Notes under the pieces: model-generated
Told to the model about the DNA's origin: nothing
What the model saw: the letters and a program-made list of their open reading frames with translations, nothing else
Database searches by the model: none
Program-made: the position numbers and the translations under genes
NCBI GenBank assembly: GCA_001189215.1
Contig: LFCR01000004.1
Span: 162,244 to 226,243, forward strand
Length of the DNA: 64,000 nt
Reading direction: 5' to 3'
Origin: Parcubacteria bacterium C7867-008
GTDB taxonomy: Bacteria; Patescibacteriota; Minisyncoccia; Phycocordibacterales; Phycocordibacteraceae
Shown: piece after piece, positions 28,255-38,523 of the stretch
How positions within the stretch are numbered: the stretch's first letter is position 1
Layout of the letters: every line of letters begins with the position of its first letter

Positions 28255-28835
28255 GGTATCGAATACGTTTCAAACTCCGGTAATAGAGTTTTAGTATACG
28301 CCATACGTGAGAACACTTCGGCATGGGATAACGCACCAGTGAGTGCATTGTGTGGTTTTGGTTCTTCAGGGATACCACAGTACTTAAGTACCGCATCTAA
28401 ATTAAGTGCTGAGTGATTATGCGCCATTGGAGGTACGCTTCCTGTTAACGTCATATGCATCCAGGCGAGGGTGTGTACGTCGAGTGTACGCTGCGCAAAA
28501 GCAGACTCTACCCCAGCTCGACTAGCAGCCGCACGAATGAAGGAGGCATCGAAAGCAACATTCTGTGCTAGAAGTGTTCGATTCTCTGGCCTATCCATCG
28601 CCCATGAGATAAAAGCAGTAATGAGTTCTGCTTCAGATTTCTTGGAAGGGTCAGTTGCTTCTTCTTTAGTAAATCCATTCACTGCAAGTGCTTCGTCTGT
28701 TATGTGAGCACCATCCCATATACGACACTCGTCGTAGAACTGATTAGACGGGTTATCGGTATCAACGGCTCCGATAGATAGAATGGATGCCTTGGCAGGG
28801 TCAATGCCGCTTCCTTCAATATCAACGGCGATCAT
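28239..28835 (-). CDS. DEDD 3'-5' exonuclease
   Basis: DIE, NVAFD, HNAL; the last acidic residue of HxAxxD appears replaced (HNALTGA). Confidence 0.82.
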   Translation of the reverse strand: MIAVDIEGSGIDPAKASILSIGAVDTDNPSNQFYDECRIWDGAHITDEALAVNGFTKEEATDPSKKSEAELITAFISWAMDRPENRTLLAQNVAFDASFIRAAASRAGVESAFAQRTLDVHTLAWMHMTLTGSVPPMAHNHSALNLDAVLKYCGIPEEPKPHNALTGALSHAEVFSRMAYTKTLLPEFETYSIPWTTT

Positions 28836-28856
28836 GCCATCAGTATACCAATCCCT

Positions 28857-29330
28857 CTAGAGTCCTTTGCAATTCTTAGCTGCTCGATATCCGGCTGCTT
28901 CAGCTTCCGCACGTGACGTGAACGATACAAGTTTTTCAGGAGTGATCCGTTTTGCTGCTGTACAGGTTGGCAGGTAGTAGACCTCCCCTGTTTTGGAAGC
29001 CACCACAATCCCATCTACGGGAGTAGTCGGTACCTTAGGAGTTATGGCAGTCGCCGCTGCTGCAGCTTGGTTTGAGACCTGGATCGCGGCTGCAGGGGTT
29101 GGCACTATTCCCTGCTGTTCTGAGGTTAGATTTTCGATCCAAAGTTGATCCTGCGGAGTCTTATTTTCTCTTTCAATGAGGACTCCCAGACCAATACCGC
29201 ATAGAACCCCTAGAATAAGGGCCACACCCCAAAAGGCATCCCTAGGTATCATATGGACTGTCTCCCCTACCCTCTCAGCCAGGGAGACCTTTGAACCCTT
29301 GTCTGGTACCGTTGGTTCTGCTATAGTCAT
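28857..29330 (-). CDS. Membrane-anchored protein with Ada metal-binding-like C-terminal domain
   Basis: TM helix; VASKTGEVYYLPTC...FTSRAEAEAAGYRAAKNC. Confidence 0.78.
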   Translation of the reverse strand: MTIAEPTVPDKGSKVSLAERVGETVHMIPRDAFWGVALILGVLCGIGLGVLIERENKTPQDQLWIENLTSEQQGIVPTPAAAIQVSNQAAAAATAITPKVPTTPVDGIVVASKTGEVYYLPTCTAAKRITPEKLVSFTSRAEAEAAGYRAAKNCKGL

Positions 29331-29350
29331 GAGACTAAAGAATAGCATCT

Positions 29351-29632
29351 ATGGCACATACAAAGGCTGGAGGATCAACAAAGAACGGACGCGACTCAAA
29401 CCCTAAATTCCTAGGAGTGAAGCTTGCTGCGGGCCAGGCAGCACGTCCAGGCATGGTTCTCGTACGTCAGCGCGGTACCAAGGTTATGGCAGGTCAGAAC
29501 GTTAAGGTCGGAAAAGACCATACACTTTACTCGATGGTTTCGGGAATCGTCTCGTTCCGTGACAAGCGAAAGACCAATTTTGATGGTCGTGTTGTACGCC
29601 GTAAGGTGGTAGACGTAGTTGCTGCAGCATAA
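29351..29632 (+). CDS. rpmA: 50S ribosomal protein L27
   Basis: MAHTKAGGSTKNGRDS, VRQRGT, GKDHTL. Confidence 0.97.
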   Translation: MAHTKAGGSTKNGRDSNPKFLGVKLAAGQAARPGMVLVRQRGTKVMAGQNVKVGKDHTLYSMVSGIVSFRDKRKTNFDGRVVRRKVVDVVAAA

Positions 29633-29656
29633 GGAAAAGCTGGAGTTTTGGTCAAA

Positions 29657-29689
29657 AAGGGCCCTGTCTCAATACGAGACAGGGCCCTT
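29657..29689 (+). terminator. rpmA terminator
   Basis: AAGGGCCCTGTCTC-aatac-GAGACAGGGCCCTT. Confidence 0.75.
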
Positions 29690-29778
29690 GACCTTTTGTC
29701 AAGTATGTGATACTGTGTGTCCGGAACCCGGAATGTGCGATTCCGCGGTACTTCTTTCAAACCGAATAGGTGTTTGTG

Positions 29779-30999
29779 ATGGAAAAGATACTGAACTGGA
29801 TGAAGTTGGCACCCTGCCTACTCATCCTCGCTCTGACGGTCCTTGTGGCCACAGGCGCTCAGGCCAAGGACCTCGGTCCCAATGGCCTGACCAACGCCTG
29901 CACCATCGGGCTGCGGACGCAACTGAACCTCTCCGAGGAACAGGCGCGACAACTGCCCGACGGCTTCGCCGGGAAATACCTCGGCTACGACTTCACGCTC
30001 GGCAAGACACCACCCACCACGTTGTGGGGGTTCTGCGAGATCCTCGTCAAAGATGGGAGATTCTCGCAGGCCAACGTCGGACAGACTTCCGAGCCTGCTC
30101 CGACTCCGGAACCTGCAGCTGCCCTTGAGGCTGCTGCACCGGCTGCCGACCCGCCTGCTCCGGCACCTGAGGTGAAAGCCCCAGCTGCTGAAGCGAAGAG
30201 TGGTGGGGTGACCGTCGAGCTCGAACGGCGTGATCCGGCTCCCGTCTACGGGAAGCCAAACATCTTCGACAAGATGTGGTTTGCCACGCGGGACTTCTTC
30301 GGGTGGGCACGCAACGTGATCGTCAAGCACGAGGTGGTCAGTTCGCTGATTGCCACTCTGATCGCGGTTGCGATCGTGATCATGCTGCTCGCTCTTCGGC
30401 GACCTACGGCACAGTCCGACAATGACGAGCCCGAACCACAAGAAGACAAAGCTGATGGGCAATCCGGACCGATTCCGGCGCGCATCAGCGCTCCAGGCAG
30501 GTTCGCTGGCTTCAGCTACGATGACCTGGCCAGCTATGGCAAACGGTTCAAGAACGTCAAGCCGAAGGGCTTGTTCGAATCCTACGAAAGTCACCTGCGC
30601 CGTCTTCAAGCTGCCGGCCTCGACGTCTCTCACCTCCTCGACGAGGAAGAAGACGGAGATGATGATGCCGACGAGCAACCGCAGGACGATCCCGCTCCCA
30701 CCGCGAGCGACGCTGATCAAGCGCCTCCGGAAGAACCCGGACCCGCAGCACCTGCCACCGCGGCAGATGTACCCGACATGGTAGTGCCACCACTTCCGAT
30801 CGGGCGCCGCTCCAACCTTCCGCTGAGCTCTGAAGATGCAAAAGCGATCAAGGAGCTGAAGGCTATCCATGCCCAGCTGCAAGGCGAGAGCGACCGAGCC
30901 TACACAAACCGTCTTCGGGCGTTGGGTGTCGGCACCGGCCCTCTGGTGGGTACCCACGTCGCGGAACAAATTTCCGACGCCAAGACCTACCGTCCATGA
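29779..30999 (+). CDS. Orphan single-pass membrane protein (signal peptide, Pro/Ala linker, TM, acidic cytoplasmic tail)
   Basis: TTGACC-N17-TACTGT at 29688-29716, SD AGGTG, AQA cleavage site, TM, terminator at 31058-31092. Confidence 0.8.
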   Translation: MEKILNWMKLAPCLLILALTVLVATGAQAKDLGPNGLTNACTIGLRTQLNLSEEQARQLPDGFAGKYLGYDFTLGKTPPTTLWGFCEILVKDGRFSQANVGQTSEPAPTPEPAAALEAAAPAADPPAPAPEVKAPAAEAKSGGVTVELERRDPAPVYGKPNIFDKMWFATRDFFGWARNVIVKHEVVSSLIATLIAVAIVIMLLALRRPTAQSDNDEPEPQEDKADGQSGPIPARISAPGRFAGFSYDDLASYGKRFKNVKPKGLFESYESHLRRLQAAGLDVSHLLDEEEDGDDDADEQPQDDPAPTASDADQAPPEEPGPAAPATAADVPDMVVPPLPIGRRSNLPLSSEDAKAIKELKAIHAQLQGESDRAYTNRLRALGVGTGPLVGTHVAEQISDAKTYRP

Positions 31000-31057
31000 G
31001 CCCTGGCTCATCACACACCCTATTCTGTAGCTGAATAAGCTGCATTCGCACATACAA

Positions 31058-31092
31058 GAAGGCGCCGCTCCCCCGTGGGACGGCGCCTTTTC
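31058..31092. terminator. Terminator between convergent orphan and rplI
   Basis: GAAGGCGCCG...CGGCGCCTTTTC. Confidence 0.75.
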
Positions 31093-31109
31093 TTATTGTC
31101 TTGTGAAGC

Positions 31110-31535
31110 TTATTCGGCCTCTACTGAAATGGTGATGGAACCAAAGTTCTCACCGTATGCCACAGGAATCTGGAATGCACCGAGTTCCTTGATTGGCTTC
31201 TCAAGCTTGATTGCTTCAAGAGGAAGCTTTGCCTCTTCAGCGATCTCCTTAGCATCAACCGCATCGTATAGGTGACCCTGCTCGTTAGCCTTCTTGATGA
31301 TTGAGATACGAGTCTCAGCAAGTGCTGAAAGGCGCTCCTCAATGAGCTTTGCTTCAACAGAACGTTTCTCATCAGACTGCTGCTTCATACCTTCAGCGCG
31401 CTTAATAGCCGTAGGGGTAGCAAGTACGGCAAGACCGCGTGGGATAAGCATGTTAAGACCGTGTCCATCAGACACGTCTAGTACAGTTCCTGCACGGCCC
31501 ATATCACGAACATCTTTCAGTAGGACAACTTTCAT
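31110..31535 (-). CDS. rplI: 50S ribosomal protein L9
   Basis: MKVVLLKDV...G...VSDGHGLNMLIPRGLA; PIKELG. Confidence 0.95.
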   Translation of the reverse strand: MKVVLLKDVRDMGRAGTVLDVSDGHGLNMLIPRGLAVLATPTAIKRAEGMKQQSDEKRSVEAKLIEERLSALAETRISIIKKANEQGHLYDAVDAKEIAEEAKLPLEAIKLEKPIKELGAFQIPVAYGENFGSITISVEAE

Positions 31536-31655
31536 ATAGAGCTATCCTAGCCTGTTATGCCTCATATCGCAACCAGGTCTTTTTGACATTATATATTTAT
31601 ATACTACTATTCTTTTGAAGTTCGTAAGTTCAATTCTTTGGGAGAAACCGCAGGG

Positions 31656-31978
31656 ATGTTCATCGCTACCCTGCTAGCTTCCCCGGTTGACTTGATTATC
31701 CTCGTGAATCGAGGGGCGACTGAGCAGAAAGAGCGCGAGCAGAAAACAGCCTTCTTTGTGGAGCGAGCCTGCAACACGGTCCCGCTCAGCATCTGTCGGG
31801 TGAGGCCACCGTCTTCAATCGCAGAAACGGCGCAGAGCAGTACTACCGCGTCGCAAATGCACGTTTGTACCGCATGAATACCGATGGCACGATCACAGGA
31901 GAACCAGCGACACTTCCAGCAGGATGCTTCAACGGACAACTCTTCTGCTCGAGCGAATTCAATCCGTTTGATCTGTGA
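31656..31978 (+). pseudogene. Orphan module, frameshifted or two coupled small ORFs
   Basis: TTGACA-N16-TACTAT at 31583-31610, GGGAG; ORF 31656-31877; -1 frame open 31724-31978; terminator at 32007-32037. Confidence 0.45.
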
Positions 31979-32006
31979 CGAGAGTCGGCATGATAAATAC
32001 GGAGTG

Positions 32007-32037
32007 GGGGCGGCCTTTTATGGGGCCGCCCTTTCTC
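32007..32037. terminator. Terminator
   Basis: GGGCGGCC...GGCCGCCC then TTTCTC. Confidence 0.7.
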
Positions 32038-32042
32038 GTATC

Positions 32043-33335
32043 TTATGATCCTGTCGTTAGGAATTGAATCGCGCGATCCATCTGGGGATCTTTCTTAGCA
32101 ATGAAGTCTTCTTGTGTGCGATCGGCCTTAATATCTGGCTGTACGCCGTCATTGGAAATTGAGCGACCGGATGGTGTGAGCCAACGCGCCACAGTAACCT
32201 TGAGTGATGCTTTGCCAATCTTAACGAGCTCCTGTACGGAACCCTTTCCGAATGATCGTGTGCCAATGATAGTAGCCACTTTCTCATCCTGAAGTGCTCC
32301 TGCAAGAATTTCTGATGCTGAAGCTGATCCCTGATTCATGAGAACCACGGTCTGAAGACCAGCAGGGATCCCACCTGACCCACTACTCTTGTGTACGATG
32401 TTCTCCTCATTACCCTTATAGTCTTCAGTAACAATAGCGGTACCGCTTGGAAGGAAGTGGCTACCAATCGCTACGGCGGCATCAAGATAGCCACCGGGAT
32501 TGCCACGTAGGTCGATGATGAGCTTCTTTGCTCCCTTAGCACGCATCTCTTCAAGTGCATCATCAAACAGATCTGCAGAGTTAGCGGTGAATGTATAGAG
32601 CGCGATGGTAAAGATACCGGTCTTTGTATCGTACTCAGTATTGATGGTTGGTACGTTGATAACATCTCGCACCACGGGTATCTCAAGGGTCTTTTCACCA
32701 CGATAGATCGTGAAGGTTACGGTGGTACCCTTCTTGCCACGAATTTGCTGCACTGCCTCTTCAACAGAAATGTTCTCCGTTGATTTGCCATTAATACTAA
32801 GGATAAGATCTCCCGGTACTAGACCTGCGCGTTCTGCTGGAGACTCCTTGAGTGGTGCTATGACCGTAAGAATAGCGTCTTTGGTTAGACCGATCTCCGC
32901 ACCAATACCATCAAAGTTTCCAGCAATGTCTTCCTGAAAGACCTTTGCTTCTTCTGGCGGAAAGAAAGTGGTGTATGGGTCACCGTATGCAGAAGTGAGA
33001 CCTTGAATAGCGCTCCATACAATTTCCTGCTTCGTTGGAGGACTACTTGTTGAGTGTGTTTGTACGAATCGCGTATTGAGTACGTTGTATGCCTTCCAGA
33101 AATCAGCGAAATCTAGCGATTCATCAGGTTCTGCACTGAGTCCGTCTCCGATAAGGGGGATATTCGAGAACACACGAGTGCCACCAGACGCACCCACGGT
33201 GAGACCCGCAGCAAAACCTACTCCAAGAATAAGTACAAAGATAAATGCACGCTGCATCGTACGCGTGAATTTCTTTTGTGCTACTGGAGCAGCATCGAAG
33301 GCAGATTCGTCTTCGGTAAACGGCACTTCATCCAT
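32043..33335 (-). CDS. C-terminal processing peptidase (S41, CtpA-like)
   Basis: DPYT, GIGA, PDZ, IIDLRGNPGG, SASASEI, SFGKGSVQ. Confidence 0.93.
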   Translation of the reverse strand: MDEVPFTEDESAFDAAPVAQKKFTRTMQRAFIFVLILGVGFAAGLTVGASGGTRVFSNIPLIGDGLSAEPDESLDFADFWKAYNVLNTRFVQTHSTSSPPTKQEIVWSAIQGLTSAYGDPYTTFFPPEEAKVFQEDIAGNFDGIGAEIGLTKDAILTVIAPLKESPAERAGLVPGDLILSINGKSTENISVEEAVQQIRGKKGTTVTFTIYRGEKTLEIPVVRDVINVPTINTEYDTKTGIFTIALYTFTANSADLFDDALEEMRAKGAKKLIIDLRGNPGGYLDAAVAIGSHFLPSGTAIVTEDYKGNEENIVHKSSGSGGIPAGLQTVVLMNQGSASASEILAGALQDEKVATIIGTRSFGKGSVQELVKIGKASLKVTVARWLTPSGRSISNDGVQPDIKADRTQEDFIAKKDPQMDRAIQFLTTGS

Positions 33336-33416
33336 AGCGGCAATGGTAGCATGCAACTAACCAAATCGTGTGTGAATTGAGTCCGCACATTTACAGACAC
33401 GAGCTATACTAGAAAC

Positions 33417-34334
33417 ATGCTTACTCGTCACACACGCAACGGCGTCATCTGGGTGGATCTGGAATCCCCCACACGTCAGGAGTTGCAGAGCGTGGTCTCA
33501 GAGTTTGATATTGATACTCGTATTGAAGAGGAGATCATAACCCCTACCGCATATCCCCTTATTGTTGCGTCAGAGAAATATGTGTATCTCATCCTCCACT
33601 TCCCCACTATGGATCCGCGTGGTGGTGCTAAGAATCAGGAGATCGATTTCATTGTTGGAAAGGACTTCATGGTTACCGCGCGGTATGAAGTTATTGATTC
33701 CATTCATAACCTTCAGAAGGTATTTGAGTCTGAGGAACTCCTTGGTCTTCCTGAGAAGCATGTAAATGCGGAGAGTCTCCTTGAACGCGTGCTTCGTCAC
33801 CTGTATGCAGCACTGGGTGAAGAGACAGAACAGGTAGCACGTATGCTTGAACGTATTGAACAGGACATCTATTCAGGAAAGGAGCGACAGACAGTGCTGA
33901 ACCTTTCTAAGGTGAGTCGTATTCTCTTGCGTTTCGATACGGCTCTTGCACGCCACGAAGATGCACTTGCGAGTTTCTTAAGTGAACTCACCGCACCTGC
34001 ATTCTTTGGTAAAGGATTTAAGGAACACATCAATCATATTGAAGCTGAGCGTATGCATGCAGCAGGATTGGTTGGAAACTATCGTGCCGTTACCACAGAA
34101 CTTCGTCTTACGAACGACTCGCTCCTTTCTACTAAGCAAAACGATATTATTACGCGTCTCACCATTATGGCGTTTGCAACCTTCCCGCTCACGGTTATTG
34201 CCGGTATTTTCGGCATGAACACACCAAATATGCCTCTCGTTGAATCTCCGTACGGTTTCTGGATGATATTGGGAATCATGGCACTTACGGTACTTGGGTT
34301 TGTTTCCTTCTTTAGGTTTAGAAAGTGGCTGTAG
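33417..34334 (+). CDS. corA: CorA-family Mg2+ transporter
   Basis: WVDLESPT, GIFGMN, two C-terminal TMs. Confidence 0.9.
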   Translation: MLTRHTRNGVIWVDLESPTRQELQSVVSEFDIDTRIEEEIITPTAYPLIVASEKYVYLILHFPTMDPRGGAKNQEIDFIVGKDFMVTARYEVIDSIHNLQKVFESEELLGLPEKHVNAESLLERVLRHLYAALGEETEQVARMLERIEQDIYSGKERQTVLNLSKVSRILLRFDTALARHEDALASFLSELTAPAFFGKGFKEHINHIEAERMHAAGLVGNYRAVTTELRLTNDSLLSTKQNDIITRLTIMAFATFPLTVIAGIFGMNTPNMPLVESPYGFWMILGIMALTVLGFVSFFRFRKWL

Positions 34335-34336
34335 GC

Positions 34337-35017
34337 ATGAGTAAGAAAGTAGTGTGGATAATTGGTATCGCTATTGCGGTAATAGGTCTTCTTTTTTGCA
34401 TTGAGCAGTTCTTAGCAGCAAGTTATGTAGTGAAGACAGGTTTGAAAATAATGCTCTTCTTAGTTTTGCCGCTTATATGGGCACTTAGGTATGAACGTAC
34501 ACAAATAGCAACAATCCTCGGATTGAAAGGATTTACGTACAAAGGTCTTGTTCCGGGAGTGCTTATCGGTGCCGGTTCATTTCTAATAATTCTCGCCGCA
34601 TATGCAATACTCGGAACATTTATTGATTTTCCAGCAATCGCACATAACCTCCAGTCTAAGTTAGGAATAACACCAGCAAACTTCTTGTGGGTTGGGTTAT
34701 ATGTAATTGGTATCAACTCATTACTTGAAGAATTCTTCTTTAGAGGATTCGTCTTTCTAAACCTGCGAGGTAATACTCCCGTGTGGTTTGCTTATGTATT
34801 CTCTGCTGGATCATTCGCGCTCTACCATATGGCGATCATTGCCGGATGGTTTAACCCAATACTTATGACGTTGGCTCTCACCTCCTTGTTTGTGGTGGGT
34901 CTCGTATTCAATATGCTTAATAGGAAGTCTGGTCATTTCCTTAACTCATGGGTCGCACACGCTATGGCAGACAGTGCCATTATTCTCGTCGGTTGCAGAG
35001 TGTTTAATATTCTCTAA
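34337..35017 (+). CDS. CPBP (CAAX/Abi) intramembrane metalloprotease
   Basis: EEFFFRG, FALYH, HAMAD. Confidence 0.88.
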   Translation: MSKKVVWIIGIAIAVIGLLFCIEQFLAASYVVKTGLKIMLFLVLPLIWALRYERTQIATILGLKGFTYKGLVPGVLIGAGSFLIILAAYAILGTFIDFPAIAHNLQSKLGITPANFLWVGLYVIGINSLLEEFFFRGFVFLNLRGNTPVWFAYVFSAGSFALYHMAIIAGWFNPILMTLALTSLFVVGLVFNMLNRKSGHFLNSWVAHAMADSAIILVGCRVFNIL

Positions 35018-35124
35018 GAGCGAGAAATTGACATTTTAGCAAATCATGATTATATAGCATTGCGTCAATGATGGCGCTCTATGACCTGACTTCGTAACCC
35101 GAAGCAGAGTGAAAGGACCGCTCT

Positions 35125-35586
35125 ATGAAAATTATGCGTTTGAGTGCCACCGATGGCTCGCCATGTGGGGTGATCAATCTGGCTTTCGTACTGGACAACG
35201 TCGATCTGCAAGACGGTCAATACGTCCTGAGTATGCGAGATGAATACCCTTTGGCCTACGTTTCCTACAAAGACGGGACTAAGGCCCATGGTGAAATCTT
35301 CGGGAGTTTCTCCCTGCGCGATGCCCGCGCTCGTCTGCGACCCACGGTTCATAAGGACGGCAGACACATGGTGGAGATCGGGGTCGAAAGCCCGAATGTT
35401 CCTGACTTCCTCGCCCTGTCTGCCAAGATCTATGGTGAGGTTCTTCGGATCCCGATCAGGACCTTCGAGAAGGACCAGGAATTCCCCGGAAACCTAACCT
35501 TCATCGACGGTATCCGGAACGCTCTGGGTCGACTCCGTCGCTACATCGCGGAGCAACTCAAACGCATGCGGCTCATCAGAGCCTAA
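35125..35586 (+). CDS. Hypothetical protein (GC-rich orphan)
   Basis: TTGACA at 35028, SD AAAGGA, terminator at 35601-35637. Confidence 0.75.
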   Translation: MKIMRLSATDGSPCGVINLAFVLDNVDLQDGQYVLSMRDEYPLAYVSYKDGTKAHGEIFGSFSLRDARARLRPTVHKDGRHMVEIGVESPNVPDFLALSAKIYGEVLRIPIRTFEKDQEFPGNLTFIDGIRNALGRLRRYIAEQLKRMRLIRA

Positions 35587-35600
35587 CGCCATCCAACGGA

Positions 35601-35637
35601 GAGCCGCCCGCTCCCCCGCGGGTGGCTTTTCGTTTTT
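35601..35637 (+). terminator. Intrinsic terminator
   Basis: GAGCCGCCCGC...GCGGGTGGCTT then TTCGTTTTT. Confidence 0.75.
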
Positions 35638-35666
35638 ACCCCTAGCACATATGATACGGTGTATCT

Positions 35667-37148
35667 ATGTGGCCATTTCGTTCAGGTAAGGAGCGTTCTC
35701 TGCTTGAGACACCCATCTTTTTCACAAACACACTCAGTGGCAAGAAGGAACTCTTCGCTCCCCTTCGCCCAGGAAACGTAACAATGTATTCCTGTGGACC
35801 AACGGTATATAACCGTGCGCACATTGGTAACCTTCGTCCCTACGTATTCTCTGATCTTATTGCTCGTGTTCTTGAACAGCGGGGCTTTCGAGTACGTCGT
35901 GTAATAAACATTACTGATGTGGGTCATTTGGTTTCTGATGCAGACGATGGCGAAGACAAGATGGAGAAGAGTGCCCGTGAGACCGGAGAATCTGCAGAAG
36001 ATATTGCTGCAAAATATACGACTCTCTTTCAGGACGATATTACTGCACTCAATATTGATGCACCGAATATTCTGTTTCCACGCGCAACACAGTACATCCC
36101 AGAACAGATCGCTATCATCCAAACGCTTGAACAGAAAGGTCTTACCTATCGTATTGCTGACGGTATCTATTTCGATACGAGTAAGTTCCATGGATACGGG
36201 AAGCTCGGTGGTATTCCCGTCTCACATATAAAGGATGGCTCCGCAGCCTCACTTGAAGATCGTATTGACCTGGCATCTCGCGGACGTATTGCAAAGAATG
36301 ACCAGAAGCGTAACCCTGCAGACTTTGCACTATGGAAGTCATCACCTGCCGGTATGCAGCGTAGACAGCAAGAGTGGTCGAGTCCATGGGGCGTTGGGTT
36401 CCCAGGTTGGCATATTGAGTGTTCTGCAATGAGCAAGGCACTGCTGGGTGAACAGATAGATATTCATACCGGTGGTATGGATCATATACCGATCCATCAC
36501 AACAATGAGATCGCGCAGTCTGAAGCAGCAAGCGGACGATCATTTGCGCGCTTCTGGATGCATAATGCATTTCTCACCATGGAACATGAGAAGGTTTCAA
36601 AGTCCTTAGGAAATGTTATCTATCTCTCAGAAATTATTGAGCGCGGATATGACCCTCTAGCGCTTAGATACCTATTCCTTCAGGCGCATTATCGTAGTCC
36701 TGTTTCCTTCACATGGGATTCTCTGACCGCGTCTAACGAAGCATTGATACGTCTTCGTAAGGGAGTTGCTGAATTAAAAGAAGCAGCAAAGGGTGTGAGC
36801 GTACATTCTGATATTCAAGATCGCGTCATTACACTTCTCCGTGATGATCTCGCTACCCCACAAGCACTTGCCCTTCTCTGGGAGACCGTACGCGATGAAG
36901 ACCTCCCACCTAAGCAAGCATGGGGAGTGGTTGAGGCTGCAGATGCGGTTCTTGGACTTAATCTCATTGAAGGCGGCAATACGCAAATTATTCCCGAGGA
37001 AATCAAAGATTTAGCTCAAAAGCGCCTACATGCACGCCTTTCCGGTGATTATGCTGAAGCAGACCGTATTCGTATCCACATAGAGAACAGTGGATATCTT
37101 GTGGATGACACCCCTTCTGGGCCGGTGTTGACGAAGAAGCTCCGGTGA
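35667..37148 (+). CDS. cysS: Cysteine--tRNA ligase
   Basis: CGPTVY...HIGN, DFALWK, PGWHIECSAM, KVSKSLGN. Confidence 0.97.
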   Translation: MWPFRSGKERSLLETPIFFTNTLSGKKELFAPLRPGNVTMYSCGPTVYNRAHIGNLRPYVFSDLIARVLEQRGFRVRRVINITDVGHLVSDADDGEDKMEKSARETGESAEDIAAKYTTLFQDDITALNIDAPNILFPRATQYIPEQIAIIQTLEQKGLTYRIADGIYFDTSKFHGYGKLGGIPVSHIKDGSAASLEDRIDLASRGRIAKNDQKRNPADFALWKSSPAGMQRRQQEWSSPWGVGFPGWHIECSAMSKALLGEQIDIHTGGMDHIPIHHNNEIAQSEAASGRSFARFWMHNAFLTMEHEKVSKSLGNVIYLSEIIERGYDPLALRYLFLQAHYRSPVSFTWDSLTASNEALIRLRKGVAELKEAAKGVSVHSDIQDRVITLLRDDLATPQALALLWETVRDEDLPPKQAWGVVEAADAVLGLNLIEGGNTQIIPEEIKDLAQKRLHARLSGDYAEADRIRIHIENSGYLVDDTPSGPVLTKKLR

Positions 37149-37160
37149 TAGAATGAGGTA

Positions 37161-38522
37161 ATGCCCGACCACCTCGTACGCATCCCGCCCCAAAGCCTCG
37201 ATGCAGAACGAGGTCTCCTTGGCTCCCTTCTCCTCAAGCCTGACGCAATTCATGATGTCTCGGACATCGTTAAATATGATTCTTTTTATGCAGAGAAACA
37301 CCGCATCATCTTTGAAGCGATGCGCGAGCTCTCTGATCGTGGAGATCCGATAGATATTCTTTCGCTATCAGAACGACTTGTTGCAAAGAGCGCACTAGAA
37401 CGTGCTGGTGGACGTGCATACATCGCAGAGCTTGCGAACAATGCACCGGCTCCTGGCAACTACTCGCACTATGCAGAGCTTGTTTCAAAGAAGCATGTCA
37501 TGCGTGCTCTTATTGATACCGCACATGAGATCACTGAAGCCGCGTATGACGAGGGCCAGGAGACAGCACAGGTTCTTGATAACGCAGAGAAAGCTATCTA
37601 TGCGATTGGTAACTCATCCTCCGCACATAAGTTCGTAGCGATTGCTGATAAGTTGGATGCAACCTGGGAACGTATTGAAACACTGTCTAAGAGTGATGGT
37701 GCTATACGTGGTACCCCAACTGGATTCCCAGAGCTTGATAATCTTCTCTCGGGTCTTCATCCGTCAGATCTCATTATTCTTGCAGCACGTCCTTCCGTTG
37801 GTAAGACGACACTCGCACTTGATATCGCACGCAACACCGCGATACGTCATGGTACGCCCGTTGGTATCTTCTCTCTTGAAATGAGCTCTGAGCAACTTAT
37901 TGATCGTATGCTTTCTGCGGAGTCGTACGTTAATGCATGGAAGATTCGTACCGGTACCGTTAAAGCAGAGGAAGACTTTGCACGTATTCGTGACGCTCTC
38001 GAAGCACTTTCAAAAGCACCTATCTATATTGATGACAAAGCTGGTAACAACATCCTTTCTATGCGAGCCGTTGCACGACGTCTGAAACGCGAACGTGGTA
38101 TTGGTCTCATTGTGGTGGATTACCTTCAGCTCATGGCACCAACCAATACCAGAAACTCAGATTCTATGGTGCAGCAAGTTACAGAAATCTCTCGTTCCTT
38201 GAAGTCTCTCGCACGAGAACTTGAAGTACCGGTGCTTGCCCTCTCACAGCTCTCTCGTGCTGTGGAACAGCGTGGTGGCAAGCCTCGTCTTTCAGACCTT
38301 CGAGATTCCGGTTCTATTGAGCAGGACGCAGACGTTGTTATGTTCATTCATCGTGAAGACAAGACGAATAAAGACAGCGACCGACCAGGTATCGCTGAGA
38401 TTCTGGTTGAAAAGCATCGTAATGGTCCAACCGGTATGGTGGAGCTCTTCTTTGATGACAAGCGTTCAACCTTCCAATCTATTGATAAGTCTGGATACGG
38501 AGAGTTTGCGAACGAATTCTAG
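37161..38522 (+). CDS. dnaB: Replicative DNA helicase
   Basis: AARPSVGKT, FSLEMS, VDYLQL, SQLSR, DLRDSGSIEQDAD, KHRNGPTG. Confidence 0.97.
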   Translation: MPDHLVRIPPQSLDAERGLLGSLLLKPDAIHDVSDIVKYDSFYAEKHRIIFEAMRELSDRGDPIDILSLSERLVAKSALERAGGRAYIAELANNAPAPGNYSHYAELVSKKHVMRALIDTAHEITEAAYDEGQETAQVLDNAEKAIYAIGNSSSAHKFVAIADKLDATWERIETLSKSDGAIRGTPTGFPELDNLLSGLHPSDLIILAARPSVGKTTLALDIARNTAIRHGTPVGIFSLEMSSEQLIDRMLSAESYVNAWKIRTGTVKAEEDFARIRDALEALSKAPIYIDDKAGNNILSMRAVARRLKRERGIGLIVVDYLQLMAPTNTRNSDSMVQQVTEISRSLKSLARELEVPVLALSQLSRAVEQRGGKPRLSDLRDSGSIEQDADVVMFIHREDKTNKDSDRPGIAEILVEKHRNGPTGMVELFFDDKRSTFQSIDKSGYGEFANEF

Positions 38523-38523
38523 T

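Noticed and set aside
29818-31053. 411-aa antisense ORF
   Set aside because: Shadow of the GC3-rich plus-strand gene; promoter, SD and signal peptide all support the plus strand.
31656-31978. UGA-to-Gly recoding (code 25) to explain the broken ORF
   Set aside because: Conserved genes (murG, cysS, scpB, rmuC) end properly at TGA and show no in-frame TGA.
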